Shown piece by piece: positions 27,395-40,758 of a stretch of 64,000 nt of DNA. The notes under the pieces were generated by a model, which was not told the origin of the DNA, did not search any database, and saw only the letters and a list, made by a program, of their open reading frames with translations. The stretch's first letter is position 1, and every line of letters starts with the position of its first letter. Source of the DNA: Octopus vulgaris (Eukaryota); the NCBI GenBank assembly GCA_951406725.2, contig OX597824.1:38564001-38628000 (forward strand), written 5' to 3'. The position numbers were made by a program, and so were the translations under genes.

Positions 27395-27608
27395 GAAGAT
27401 GATGAGGGCGGCGGCGGTGGCGACGACGACGACAAAGAAGATGAAGAAGAAGGAGGAGGAGGAGGAGGAGGAAGAGGAGGAAGAGGAGGAAGAGGAGGAA
27501 GAGGAGGAGGAGAAGAAGAAGAAGAAGAAGAAGAAGAAGAAGAAGAAGAAGAAGAAGAAGAAGAAGAAGAAGAAGAAGAAGAAGAAGAAGAAGAAGAAGA
27601 AGAAGAAG
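27395..27608. repeat. Compound trinucleotide microsatellite (GAT/GGC/GAC/GGA/GAA)n
   Basis: Direct reading. Confidence 0.95.
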
Positions 27609-28376
27609 GGAAAATGGTGGATGGGATATTAAAGAAATACAAAAATACTTTGAACATCACAAACACTATTTTAAGTATTAAGAGCCGAGCGTTTACTGAA
27701 AAGATGTGCATCGTTTTCCAATCACTTACAGGCGGTCAGCTCTACGATTTAACAGGGATTTTACAAGGATCAAAAACAATATTTCGCAAATATATATGTC
27801 AGCCTCTTGAGAAATGAAAAGTGCATTCTTTTCTTTCAACAGAAATATGTGCGTGTGACGGTTGGGGTGTTGCTTAAATTACAAATATACAAGTCATGTA
27901 AAAGGAGACCTGCATGAAGAAAGTATACGAGCTGTATGAGCGTGATTTATGAATAAGTGGAATTGTAGCCAACGGTACTTGCGAGATGGTTATGTGAATA
28001 TGGTATTGGACTACGAATTTATAGACGTGGGTTTGGAATCTCTGAGTGTGACTCAGTGTCAGTTATGTCTTTCTAGAAATACTCCTGAAATCTATGTAGT
28101 CTCATTTCACTTGACTGTGAAAAGATGATTTTAAAAAAAATTAAATTAAATACAAAAAAAGAACAAAAAAAGTAGGTATAAACACATGAACAAAATAAAT
28201 AAAAGCAAATTACACGAACGTGTATAAACAGAAGATACAGATAATACAAACACTCCATCCCACACACACACGTACTTACTAAACATCGACACACATAGGG
28301 GTATACGCATGCGCAAATAAAGACACATACAATAGGAATGCAAAATACAAAATGGCTGATGGTTAGTAAGTATAAA

Positions 28377-28603
28377 GGCGGCGAGCTGGCAGAAACGTTA
28401 GCACGCCGGGCGAAATGCGTAGCCGTATTTCGTCTGCCGTTAGGTTCTGAGTTCAAATTCCGCCGAGGCCGACTTGGCCTTTCATCCTTTCGGGGTCGAT
28501 AAATTAAGTACCAGTTACGCACTGGGGTCGATGCAACCGACTTAAACCGTTTGTCCTTGTTTGTCCTCTCTGTGTTTAGCCCCTTGTGGGTAGTAAAGAA
28601 ATA
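28377..28603 (+). mobile_element. SINE family B monomer (tail type 1)
   Basis: Near-consensus copy with GGTTAGTAAG on both flanks. Confidence 0.9.
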
Positions 28604-29356
28604 GGTTAGTAAGGAGAGACACACAAATAAGAAAGAAGAAAGCAAAGGACCACTGATGACGTCACAGAAGTGTGATGAAAGAACTCTGGCCGAAATAAGA
28701 TTAAAATTGATGTAAAAAATAAAGCCGAAGCAAACTAACACCAAATATATAGTGCGTGTGTTTTTATTGGCTAAATTGGCAACATGACCATTCCTAAATA
28801 CAACAACATCTGTTTCAACACACGATTTCACATCAAGAATCTTGCAAAACAAACATATAAATGTAACGATTTTTTTTTTTTTTTGAGCGTAAAATTATCT
28901 GTGATGAACTAGCGTCGCATCCAGGGGATTAACTTGATCCATTCTGGGAACTTAATCTTTGAAAAGTTAGATGAAATCTTTCTTTGAAAAATTTAATTCT
29001 TTGAAAAGTTTAATTTAATGTAGTCGAAAGATTTGCAAGTGCTTTAAACAGACATCGTTTCTTTTCTTACTTATTTCTTATTTATTTCTCACTTTACTTT
29101 CATAAAGGGTTCACTCGAAACGTCAGTCTACTTTTTTTCTTTTCTGTTTTATGGCGTACAGTTCATTGTGTACAAATCTTCATGTTAATATGCATTTGTG
29201 TGTGTTTACCAACTTTTGAATTTTGGTGTACTTGTAACCTCTCACGTTGTCCAACTGTCCGTTTTTTATTCTTCATGTTCCATTTGTGCGACTTTACGTA
29301 TTACTTATTGATGAAAGAGGCAGAAAATAGGAAGATATACAGTTAGTGAATGAGAC

Positions 29357-29387
<31 letters not shown>

Positions 29388-29408
29388 CAGAGAGACAGAG
29401 AGACAGAC

Positions 29409-29443
<35 letters not shown>

Positions 29444-29713
29444 GAATGGTGGATGAGTTAGTAAAAGAAAGTAATAATTATTTCTTGAGTTGAAATTGTT
29501 GAAAGATAATGGTTTCTAACTAAAGCAAAAGGCCAGTAATTTTGAAGATATTCTCAATCTCAGTACTTGATTGGTACTTTGTACGATCGAGATTGAAAGG
29601 ATGAAGGACAAAAATCGACCTAGGCGAGATTAGTACTCAGAAGGTAAGGAGGAAGCCGGAGGAAATAACGCAAATTTTTTTTTCTCCGACTAACTGCCAA
29701 TTCTACCAGCTCA

Positions 29714-29864
<151 letters not shown>

Positions 29865-29868
29865 CACG

Positions 29869-30150
29869 TGGAGGCGCATTGGCCCAGTGGTTAGGGCAGC
29901 GTACTCGCGGTTGTAGGATCGCGGTTTCGATTCCCAAACCGGGTGTTGTGAGTGTTTATTGAGCGAAAACACCTAAAGCTCCATGACGCTCCGGTAGTGG
30001 GTGGTGGCGATCTCTGCTGTACTCTTTCGCCACAACTTTCTCTCACTCTTTCTTTTGTTGGCCTGCTTTTGTTGGAGGCTAAAAGAATGCGAAGCGCATT
30101 GTGACCAGCGATGTGTAGCAACATCTGATAGCCTGGTCGGTCACGGTGAT
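29869..30150 (+). mobile_element. SINE family C head with an alternative 3' tail
   Basis: The first ~180 bp match the 2480 copy; the tail GCGAAGCGCATTGTGACCAGCGATGTGTAGCAACATCTG.. is unrelated to it. Confidence 0.8.
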
Positions 30151-31056
30151 ATATATATATACACACACAAAAATAAAATGATTGAGATTGTAAAGTACTG
30201 GATTGTCGACTCTTGACAGAATGCTTAATTTTCCATTGCTTTCGTTCACCTTGCAGTGAAAAATCCTGTAAAAATCTAGCATCTCCATTTTGTATAAGAC
30301 TTTACTCACCCATTCAGGTAAAGACGTGGGTCTTTATAATTCATGAAAGCAATTAGAATTAGATAAATGTTCGGAGGTTGCGGAATAGATGTAATCAAAG
30401 AATTAAATGCAAGAAATTATGAGATTGCACGTGTTTACATGAGCCACAGTTTTTACTGCGTGCGGGTGGTAACTTTTTATAAACATGTTACATGTTACAT
30501 GGTTATCCGATGTCTGAAGTGTGTTTTATGAAAAAAGATAAGATCAGGATCACTGATACTAACGAACGTGTAGGAATGTTTTAATCAGTTTCAGGGGAAT
30601 GGTGTTCGTGTTAAGAAAGATTGTGTTTGCGAGATAGATAACTGCAACAGAAGCTATTAACGTATTTAAAGTAACAAACAAAGCGATCGTATTGCAAAGA
30701 GCTGGAATCCAAACCAATATTATCAGTGATATTTGTGATGTTTCGTCGACATGATGTGTGAAAAAGAAAACATATATATTAAGATATGATTAGTCTTACA
30801 AGCCCATTCGCTTCTAAAGTAAAATGTTGAAGAATAGGAGATGGCTCTGTGGCAAAATTGTCGGTGATTCGTGTCGAGACGTGTCGATAGAGTTTGCGCC
30901 TGCCAACTGAAAGTTTGATGGTTCATATCTTGTTACCGTCCCGCGATGTCACTTTTGTCTTAAGAAAGTTTAATACAGGGTGCGGCAAAAAATCCTCCCA
31001 CATTTTACGGGTTCACAATCGCTTCAACACCATTTGCGAGGTGTGCACGGGTGTAA

Positions 31057-31470
31057 ACTCTTTTACTCTTTTACTTGCTTCAGTCATTTGACTGCGGCCA
31101 TGCTGGAGCACCGCCTTTAGTCAAGCAAATCGACCCCGGGACTTATTCTTTGGAAGCCTAGTACTTAATCTATCGGCCTCTTTTGCCGAACCGCTAAGTT
31201 ACGAGGACGTAAACACACCAGCATCGGTTATCAAGCGATGATGGTGGTTGTGGTGGGGGGGACAAACACAGACACGCAAACATACGTATATATATATATA
31301 TATACACGACGGGCTTCTTTCAGTTTCCGTCTACCAAAACCACTCACAAGGCTTTGGTCGGCCCGAGTCTATAGTAGAAGACACTTGCCCAAGTGCCACA
31401 CAGTGGGACTGAACCAGGAACCATGTGGTTGGTAAGCAAGCTGCTTACCACACAGCGATTCCTGCGCCTA
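31057..31470 (-). mobile_element. SINE family A, full length
   Basis: Reverse complement of 55422-55840. Confidence 0.9.
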
Positions 31471-31798
31471 CTTACCACTCAGAGCCACTCCTGATGGTAA
31501 CTAAAAAAAAAAACAAAGCGGTAAAACATTAGCGACATGAACACGCGACCCTGTCATGTCGACTTTTGTACGCTTCTTTTGGTGCCAATTGTGAGCAACC
31601 ACTGAGAGTCTGAAGTACACTTTTAGTCTCTTGTTCACACTCACTGCACAACGGTAACTCTGATGTGTGGTCGATAAAATAATTGACAGAATTTGCTGCT
31701 CTTGGGCAGCAAAGATCTCCCCTTTAGTGTACTGGCTTCTCTTTCTGTGATACCACTTTCTCCTCGCGTACCGTTTTCTTAATATCAATCAAAGATTA

Positions 31799-32545
31799 AG
31801 GCGGTGAGCTGGCAGAATCGTTAGCACGCAGGGCGAAATGCGTAGCCGTATTTCGTCTGGCATTACGTTCTGAGTTAAAATTCCGCCGAGGTCGACTTTG
31901 CCTTTCATCCTTTCGGGGTCGATTAAATAAGTACCAGTTACGCACTGGGGTCGATGTAATCCGTTTGTCTGTCCTTGTTTGTCCTCTCTGTGTTTAGCCC
32001 CTTGTAGGTGGTAAAAAATAGGTATTTCGTCTGCGCTATGTTCTGAGTTCAAATTCCGCCGAGGTCGACTTTGCCTTTCATCCTTTCGGGGTCGATAAAT
32101 TAAGTACCAGTTACGCACTGGGATCGATGTAATCGACTTAATCCGTTTATATGTCCTTGTTTGTCTCCTCTGTGTTTAGCCCCTTGTGGGTAGTAAAGAA
32201 ATGGGTATTTCATCTACCGCTACGTTCTGAGTTTAAATTCCGCCGAGGACGACATTGCCCTTCATCATTTCGGGGTCGAGTAAATAAGTACCAGTTACGC
32301 ACTGGGGTCGATGTAATACGTTTGTCTGTCCTTGTTTGTCCTCTCTGTGTTTAACCCCTTGTAGGTAGTAAAGAAATAGGTATTTCGTCTGCGCTACGTT
32401 CTGAGTTCAAATTCCGCCGAGGTCGACTTTGCCTTTCATCCTTTCGGGGTCGATAAATTAAGTACCAGTTGCGTACTGGAGTCGATCTAATCGACTGGCT
32501 CCCTCCCCCCAAATTTCGGGTCATGTGCCTAGAGTAGAAAAGAAT
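31799..32545 (+). mobile_element. SINE family B head-to-tail tetramer
   Basis: One full unit plus three head-less units at a ~180-bp period (junctions about 32021, 32204, 32380). The last unit ends in tail type 2. Confidence 0.9.
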
Positions 32546-33105
32546 ATCAACCAAATATTCTCTCTGCAAGTACCTTCTCTGTCAGCGCTACCTTCAGCAT
32601 CCACTCATAACATGACTATAAATACACACATCTTACACATTCCTCCACATCAATTCACCCTCTTTCAGCTTCATTACACGAGAGGTACAGTCTAGCTACG
32701 TTATCACTTGACTGAAAGAATTTGTTAATGGTCATTATCCTTCTCGTTTCTCGATCTAAGCTGGACAAGACTTCCCTTACAACCATTACTGCCCAGGCAT
32801 TAGTGGATTCCTTCAATCGACTTAACTCCATCCATCTTAGGTCTACAAAGTTTCCTCTTGCGCCGAATGTACTATTCTTTTGTTGTCATCATCATTTTTG
32901 CATTGTGGTTTTACTCTAGCTGATGTATTCCTAAATATATTTACCCATCGTAGTCCTCTTTCCTCATAGATACTCCATCACCCCCCCCACCACCACCACC
33001 GCCGCCACCACCACCATCATCATTATCATCATCATCGTCATTGTTTCAAGCCCAGCAATTTTGAAGGGGGGAGAAGTCGATTACAACGAGCCAGTACTCG
33101 ACTGG

Positions 33106-33147
<42 letters not shown>

Positions 33148-33175
33148 CACTACCACTACCACCACCACTACTACC

Positions 33176-33222
<47 letters not shown>

Positions 33223-33229
33223 CACTACC

Positions 33230-33282
<53 letters not shown>

Positions 33283-33289
33283 CACCACC

Positions 33290-33329
<40 letters not shown>

Positions 33330-33358
33330 ATGATGATGATGATGATGATGATAAAAAA

Positions 33359-33400
<42 letters not shown>

Positions 33401-33435
33401 TGATAATGACAATAATTGTTATTATTATTATTAAT
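33106..33435. repeat. Compound (TAC/CAC)n-(GAT)n-(AAT)n microsatellite
   Basis: Direct reading. Confidence 0.95.
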
Positions 33436-33921
33436 ATAATTACATCAAAGTCACGCCCAGTACAAAGCAATTACCTCAAAATTAAGGATCAAGTAACTAC
33501 AGCTCAATCATTTTATCTAGAGAAAGGATCTATGGTGTCGTCATGCTCTGCCTTTTCTCATCATGTTAATTAAACGAAATAGAAGCAAAAATAATTAATT
33601 CATCAATTTCAAGGAATTTATCAATTAGTCACAAACAAATTGTAAACTGATAAGTTCATTTACGACTATAATTTTTGTTTCAGCAGAATGAATCAATTAC
33701 AAGAATTTGTTAAATTTTAGCAAGACAATAACGAAACCCTGAACTTTATTTAAAGAGAATTAGTAAGAAAAAGAAAGCTGGTTATTACGATAACAAAAAT
33801 TAGCAATAATTAAGAAGTGAAAGAGGTCTAAGGTTGATGATTACAGCTACGTATAGCAAGGAGATGTAACATTCTTAGTTTAGTGCATGTCCTTCCCACT
33901 GAGTGTAGTAGTGAAGTTATA

Positions 33922-34128
33922 ACTCTTTTACTCTTTTACTTGTTTCAGTCATTTGACTGAGGCCATGCTGGAGCACCGCTTTTAGTCGAGCAAATCGACC
34001 CCAGGACTTATTCTTTGTAAGCCTAGTACTTATTCTATTGGTCTCTTTTGTCGAACCGCTAAGTTACGGCGACGTAAACACACCAACATCGGTTGTCAAG
34101 CGATGTTGGGGGGACAAACACAGACACA

Positions 34129-34198
<70 letters not shown>

Positions 34199-34360
34199 GA
34201 CAGGCTTCTTTCAGTTTCTGTTTACCAAATCCACTCACAAGGCTTTGGTCGATCCGAGGCTGTAGCAGAAGACACTTTCTCAAGGTGCCACGCAGTGGGA
34301 CTGAACCCGGAACCATGAGGTTGGTAAACAAGTTACTTCCCACACAGCCACTCCTACGCC
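33922..34360 (-). mobile_element. SINE family A, full length
   Basis: Reverse complement of 55422-55840. Confidence 0.9.
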
Positions 34361-36104
34361 TAATTACGTTAATTGACTTTCAACAAGGAATTGAAACTGT
34401 CACGGAGACACATGATTCACCCGTGATTTACTACTTGTACTCTCGAGTATGCGTTGGCAGGTGCAATTTCGTTTGTCTATACTCTTGGAAGACGGAAAAA
34501 CGGGTGGTAACATGGTTTTGTGCTTACAGCTGAAAATAACGATGTTTCTCCGATTAGCGAGGCATATACAAAAAATCATATGGCCGCCCGCTTTTGTGTC
34601 TTTCAGGAGTAGAGTCAAACGTAATCGAACCCGCTAAAGCATATTCGAGATTTCGAAAGGATAAAGCAAGCGCCAGTAACATTAAAGTAATCTGCATGAG
34701 CAAGTTTGTATGGGATGGTAAAACAAACAACCAATGATGACTTATGACTTGAAAATATTGTGTCCTCTGTAAGGCATTCTGAGGAAATCAACCACATGGA
34801 TCCGGTTTGTCTTTAAACTTTACATTGTGTCTTGAACTCACGTCAATCGTACAATTACACATTAACTACTTACAGTTACTATTTTCAGGCTGATTGACTG
34901 ACCATTTGAGAATAATACACGCTCAGCCACGACAAAGCACGACTCCACAACATGAGCGTTAGAATATTTGCTCGACGGTAGCCATTTTAGTTACAGTTAG
35001 CTGCAATTCTCCATAAATTCACATAATTTTCTGTTTTTTTTTCTTTCTTTTTTTTTTGTCGCACCCAGCTTTTTTTTTTCCTTGATATCATGTTGCGGGC
35101 ATATTACAGTATAATAACACAATCTAATTAAAACGCTTATTAGGATAATTAACATATTTAATTTCAGTAACGTATTTTGTCACATCAAATTATTCAAGGG
35201 AAGAAAACTACTTTCTTCTCCCCTCTCTCGTTCTAATAGACAGTTTCATGTTTCGGAATAAATCGTTCACTAAATGTGAGATTATCTTATAATTAATTTA
35301 ACTTTTAAAGTGTTTCAGCGATAGCTATTAATTTTAGTGGTTTTAGTGGTGTATTAATTTTAGGCTTAATTGTAAACTTCTAGGATTTTCGAATGCGTTT
35401 CACTGCACATATCCACACAAAATATTCTATATGACACTTTAATGCATGATATTTATTCTCGAAAGGTTGCACTTCTTTATAACCACGATTTATTATAATT
35501 GCACCCATATTGAGGTTTAGGTTTCCATGAAGAAGTTTCATAAGTTCGTGTGATTTAACCTTATTTTTTCTTCTTTTATTCATTTACGTTTCTGTCCTGT
35601 CTTAATGGCATTCTCAGAAGAGAGAGGGCAATATCCATGACCATTTTCGGATCCACCATAGCAGGGGCTGAAATCGAACAGAATAACTGCAATAAAGTAG
35701 ATTGTGCTAAAAGCCTACAAAGGCTGGTTGCTTACCAGAAGACACTGGCCTAATGTATGGCAGAATCATCCAACACCAAATCCCAGAGATTCAAAGTGAA
35801 ATTTAAAACTAGAATACGTATTAAATTGTTTGTAGCATTTAGACTGGTCTTTTACTTTTTCTGAGATCAAAACCCAGCAAGACTCAAAATTCGTCGTTCT
35901 ATCTTGTCAAATTTCTGTCGGAAACCAAGCAAAACGTCCACTGTTAAGAAAGATATAGTTTTTAAAGGATGAGCCTACAATTGAGATTCACTCACCTCTA
36001 ACTGACAAAACATAATATATACATGACAATAGAAATATGCGTAATTACTTTCCTGAATCACTCTTTTGCCGCTTTCTACTTTTCATACACTCTCTCTCAA
36101 TTTC

Positions 36105-36178
<74 letters not shown>

Positions 36179-36323
36179 ATCTGGTCTAAAATATGACATT
36201 ATATATATATATATTATGCAGCATGCATGTATCTATCTATCTATCTATCTTTCTATCTATCTATCTGCATACATGTATTCATTTTCATATATATATACAT
36301 ATGTATAAACGCGCGCACGTATG

Positions 36324-36370
<47 letters not shown>

Positions 36371-37555
36371 ACGCACATACACAAACTATCACTATTCATC
36401 ATCCCAACGCACCAGGATTCCCTCTGGAAAGTATCTGAGGTAAGTAAGTACCGGATAGATCAGTGTGGGATAATGGAGAAGCTTCTGTCAATAGAAATAT
36501 ATGTTTTTTAATAATATCTTTTAAGGAATATATATTTTTATGTATTCGTTTCTCGTTTTCTATGTTATAAAAATGTCGGAAAGGTGGAGATAACAAACAG
36601 AAGAGAGAGAAACATTTAACAAATGGGTTTCGACTAAGCTAAAAATAATAACGATGTCAACCGAACTGTAGCATGAAAATTAGGTGTCTATCATTGAAAA
36701 GGACACTGTCCACAATTTGGCTTCTGCCTTTTAGCCTTGTATATTTGTTATTGTTGTTTTGACTTTTGTTTTTGTTGATTGTTGTGTCGTTTTGCTTCAA
36801 GTTCATTTCGCTCAATAACAGTCGGTGTGAGTTCGGTCTCATACCTGATTCAAATCTGTTTAATTTATAGCCCTTAGTGAGTAAACCAGGAAGAAAGGAG
36901 AGATGTTTTTTTTTTCTTTTTTGCTTACTAATTTCCACATTCCACCAATAAATAAATAAATAAATAAATAAATAGACTAAAAAAAATACAAAATTAATAT
37001 GAATACTATAAGCAATGTCAAAGGCAAATAATAATAAAAAAAAATACGGTAAGCAAGAAAGAAGATGAATAAAAGTTTTAAAAATCCTAAATACTAACAC
37101 TGCTAATAGTAATACTAATAATAATAATAATAATAACAACTCAAAATGAACAAAAATAAAAAAAAAAGAGAAAAAACGAAAAAAGCAAGAAGAGCCATTA
37201 AAAAAATCAGGATTGGGTGGGCGGAAGAATGGGGTAGACAAGATCGGGTAGGATTTATTACTTTTGATCTTTCGCTTTTGATCTTCCCATGTTCAACATT
37301 AAGTCAGTCATCCACCACTAAGTGAAGGGAAAGAGACATAAGTGATAGTATGTAGTGACAAGCAGACAGGTGACAAGGTGAACGTGTGTAGGGTACCTTA
37401 ACAGCATCCGAAACGACATCGTTAGAGGCTAGTTAACGTACTTCGATGATATGCCAAAGGCTAAAAAAAGTCTCTTAGTCTATATTAGTTAGCATTTGTC
37501 TACGCGCGTGTGTGTGTGTATATATATACACTTACACAAATACATATATCATATG

Positions 37556-37601
<46 letters not shown>

Positions 37602-37742
37602 TGTGTGTATGTGTGTTTATACATCGTAAAGATATGTGTGTAAATGTATATACAAATACATATGCACACACAAATATATACAAAAATGTATATAAGTACA
37701 CACACACACGCACTCAGACAGACATATAGATAGACAGTTAGT

Positions 37743-37822
<80 letters not shown>

Positions 37823-38776
37823 GAGACAGACAGACAGACAGACAGATAGATAGATAGAAGATAGATTTCGATATTTTTGAAGTTTCTGTTAATCGATGTC
37901 CTTATTCGTGAAAGTTTTCATTCATAGATCTCTATATTGATGAACACCTCTGATCATAAATATCTTTAACCAATCTCTAGATTCATTATTCATCAATCTC
38001 TATATTCATAAAAGTCTTTATTCACAATGCCTGTATTCATTAAGCGTCTGTTCATACCGCTTTTTGTTAAAGACTTCTGTTCCAATGCGTTTTTGCTCAG
38101 AAAGTTCTCGAGTCTTCAAGGACTTTAAATTTATTTTGTTCATCGATATCTTTTTGAAGGTCACTGTTCCTGAAGGTCTGTATTCAAAAGCCGGTTTTAT
38201 ATTACTATTTATGGAACTTTTCGGTTGCTGTCACAGATTTCGTATTATTTGTTTTTCAATTTTATTCCAATTGTTTTCAGATTTGGTTTTGAATGCTAAT
38301 TTTGAAAATGAAAGACATCTTTGCGATAAATTAATAAATAAAAAAGTTAATAGCTTTTAAAATGTGTAAATTTAGAATAATTTAACCAATTGAAAGCCAC
38401 CATTATATTCATGACAGTAAATCTCACATTGGTGTCTGTTTCCATAGTAACAAGTAAAGCTGTAGTCTGTTTTGTTTTCATTGTAACAAGGTGTCCATGC
38501 GCGACCGTAACCACCACTACCAACACCACCACAATTTTTGACGGGAATCATTTTGAGACAGACGCAGAAAATACCGGTTTCCGATATGTTTCTTATTGAT
38601 TAAAAATGACCAAACTCTGAACCTCTGTAATATTTTCTAAATTTTGTTTTCTGAAATAAGCGCAAATTCGAATTCAGCATATAAAATTGCATCAATAATT
38701 CAAATTTGAAAATTTTTCACTTAATTTTAAAATTTGAAAATCAGTGTCAGCAACCGAAAAAATCCCTATTTATATA

Positions 38777-39105
38777 CAGGGTGTCCATAAATTATCTTTA
38801 CATCTTCCACAATTTATTATATCTATTAAAGTTTGGGTCCCTCAATCTTTGCATGTTACAAAGTTGTATATGTTACAAACTGCAACTTTTAGAAGTACTT
38901 CAGTCAAATGACAAACCCCAAAGGAAACAATTTGCGGTAGACATGTTAACTCGATTAAATGAATATCAACGCTTCCTTTGAAACATTTGCTTCCGCGATG
39001 AAGCTGCATTTCATTTGCACCTAGGTTTCTGAAAACCCGCAAAATAAAAAAAAGCAGAAGCCGGGAGAGAAGCAGCCCAAAAGTCAATGTTTAGTGCGGC
39101 CTTAG
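38777..39105 (+). pseudogene. Tc1/mariner-superfamily fragment (left TIR plus partial transposase)
   Basis: TA|CAGGGTGTCCATAAA, as at 25216. Peptides YKLQLLEVLQSNDKPQRKQFAVDML..DEAAFHL..RSSPKVNV. Confidence 0.7.
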
Positions 39106-39489
39106 AAATTGAGCATCATCTAAGTGGATCCAACTTGAAAGTGTTCTGATGTTCCTACTGAAACTGTATTTGTTTACCTGTGTTTCCCAATAAACTCTGA
39201 TGAGTTATCCTTATTATTTTTCTGACATTTTAATGCTGTATAGTGGAAAGCTGAGAACGAATCCATAGAAAAGCACAAATGACTCAATACAAGGAAATCT
39301 AATTTTTAGATGTCAACTCTCTTATAACGTTGTACTGTTACAGCCATCATTGCAAACTAGGGTATTCTAATACAGAACAATAACAGACCATAATTGTAGG
39401 CTAACTGAGGGTCAGCTCTCTTAGAAACACAGAATTCTAACGTCCATTATTACAAACCAGTTTTACGGATTTCAACTCATATATATATA

Positions 39490-39911
39490 CTAGCAGCTGA
39501 GCCCGGTTTCACCTGGTCTGTTTGGATGATGTGGCTGTGATCGTTTTCGGTTAGGCATAATCTATCACAGCGTTTGTCAACCTTATCATTTAGGGTCCCC
39601 TGTTTCGATTGGAGCCTCCAGCTATATGAACATTTCCTGACCCCCACCCCGTCAGAAAACAGTTCCTAAGCAACTGGTTGTTTTAATGGCAGAAGAAAGA
39701 GGGAAATTCCATTAGTAAAAAAGTTTTAATCGATTTTCTCGGTAAGTATGGTGGTTAGGAAAGAAATACAAACTGCATTCCAATCTATGCACTTGTCTCC
39801 ACACGTGTGCCATTCTTCATGCAAATCTACCCAGCCGTTTGGCTGTGAATCTCAAGACACTCAAGACAAGAAAGAATACAACGATCGCTCATGTCCAATT
39901 TATATTATAGA
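39490..39911 (-). mobile_element. Non-autonomous Helitron-like element (third family)
   Basis: CTAG at 39490 followed by the hairpin-like CCCGGTTTCACCTGG; other end TTTATATTATAGA (minus-strand TCTATAATATAAA). Confidence 0.65.
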
Positions 39912-40698
39912 TATACGTATGGAATTCATTTTACTGGTGACTACTTTTGCTGCGATCTACGGTTGTTTTCAGAGTCAGAAGAAGAGACGAAAAGAGTTCA
40001 CTAAAAAATAGAAGACAGGGAGAAATTCCCTCAAGGGGAAAGAACCGCTGAGGAATTTTTCCTTTTTTTTACTTTGTTGTGTGTGTGTGTGTGTGTAATT
40101 CTAAGATCAAGGATCTAAGTGTGTAGGAAGTTTGTAAGCTTCGTGCAGTCTGTGGTAGATATAAAAAACAACGTTCAGAAAAAAAAAAAAATTATTGGCG
40201 TTGTAAGTTAAATGCTTTTTCCATATCAAAGAAATTCGGTAAGCTGAAACAGTTTATGCATAGCTCAGTGTTAGCAACCAGAGTTGTTATGAATGGAAAT
40301 AAAAATCCAAATTGAGGAGTGGAACAGGTAAAATCCAGGCTACATATGTTTCCTAGCTAGCAGATTGTCTGATATAATAATTACTCAATGAGGGGTACAC
40401 AACTAGTCAACTAGCTACTAATCAGGCCGAAGATACCTTAATTATATTACCGTTTGGGAATCCCAAGTTAACTCATTGCGGCCTAATGACTCATTAGCTG
40501 AGTACTCCTCGTTGAGTAATTATTACATCAGAGAATTTGCAAGCTTAGGAAACGTGTAGCTTGGAATTTACTTGTTCCACTCCCTTAATTTGGATAAGCG
40601 GCCAATAATACTTTATTTGTTTCACATCCTCGCGTTGCTGTGTTTTTTTTTTGTTTTCTTGTTTGGATTAACTATATATATATATATAAATAATTTGG

Positions 40699-40758
<60 letters not shown>

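Noticed and set aside
27332-27817. Acidic and poly-Lys ORFs
   Set aside because: Translations of a compound trinucleotide microsatellite, with no domain or splice support.
28073-28852. 259-aa minus-strand ORF
   Set aside because: Runs through an antisense SINE and low-complexity DNA, with no protein-like features.
31799-32545. Regular repeats resembling a CRISPR array
   Set aside because: They are ~180-bp SINE units with no unique spacers, in a eukaryotic context with no cas genes.
36416-36445. Possible 24-nt microexon (CAG|GATTCC..GAG|GTAAGT)
   Set aside because: Good donor but weak polypyrimidine tract and no neighbouring exons recognised; needs RNA-seq.
37880-38160. Weak ~20-bp periodicity (TCT.TATTCAT..)
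   Set aside because: Too degenerate to define; probably a decayed minisatellite.
39935-39978. HHR-like trace on the minus strand (TGACT-CTGAAAA..AAAAGT-AGTCA)
   Set aside because: The core has several mismatches and stem II does not pair.
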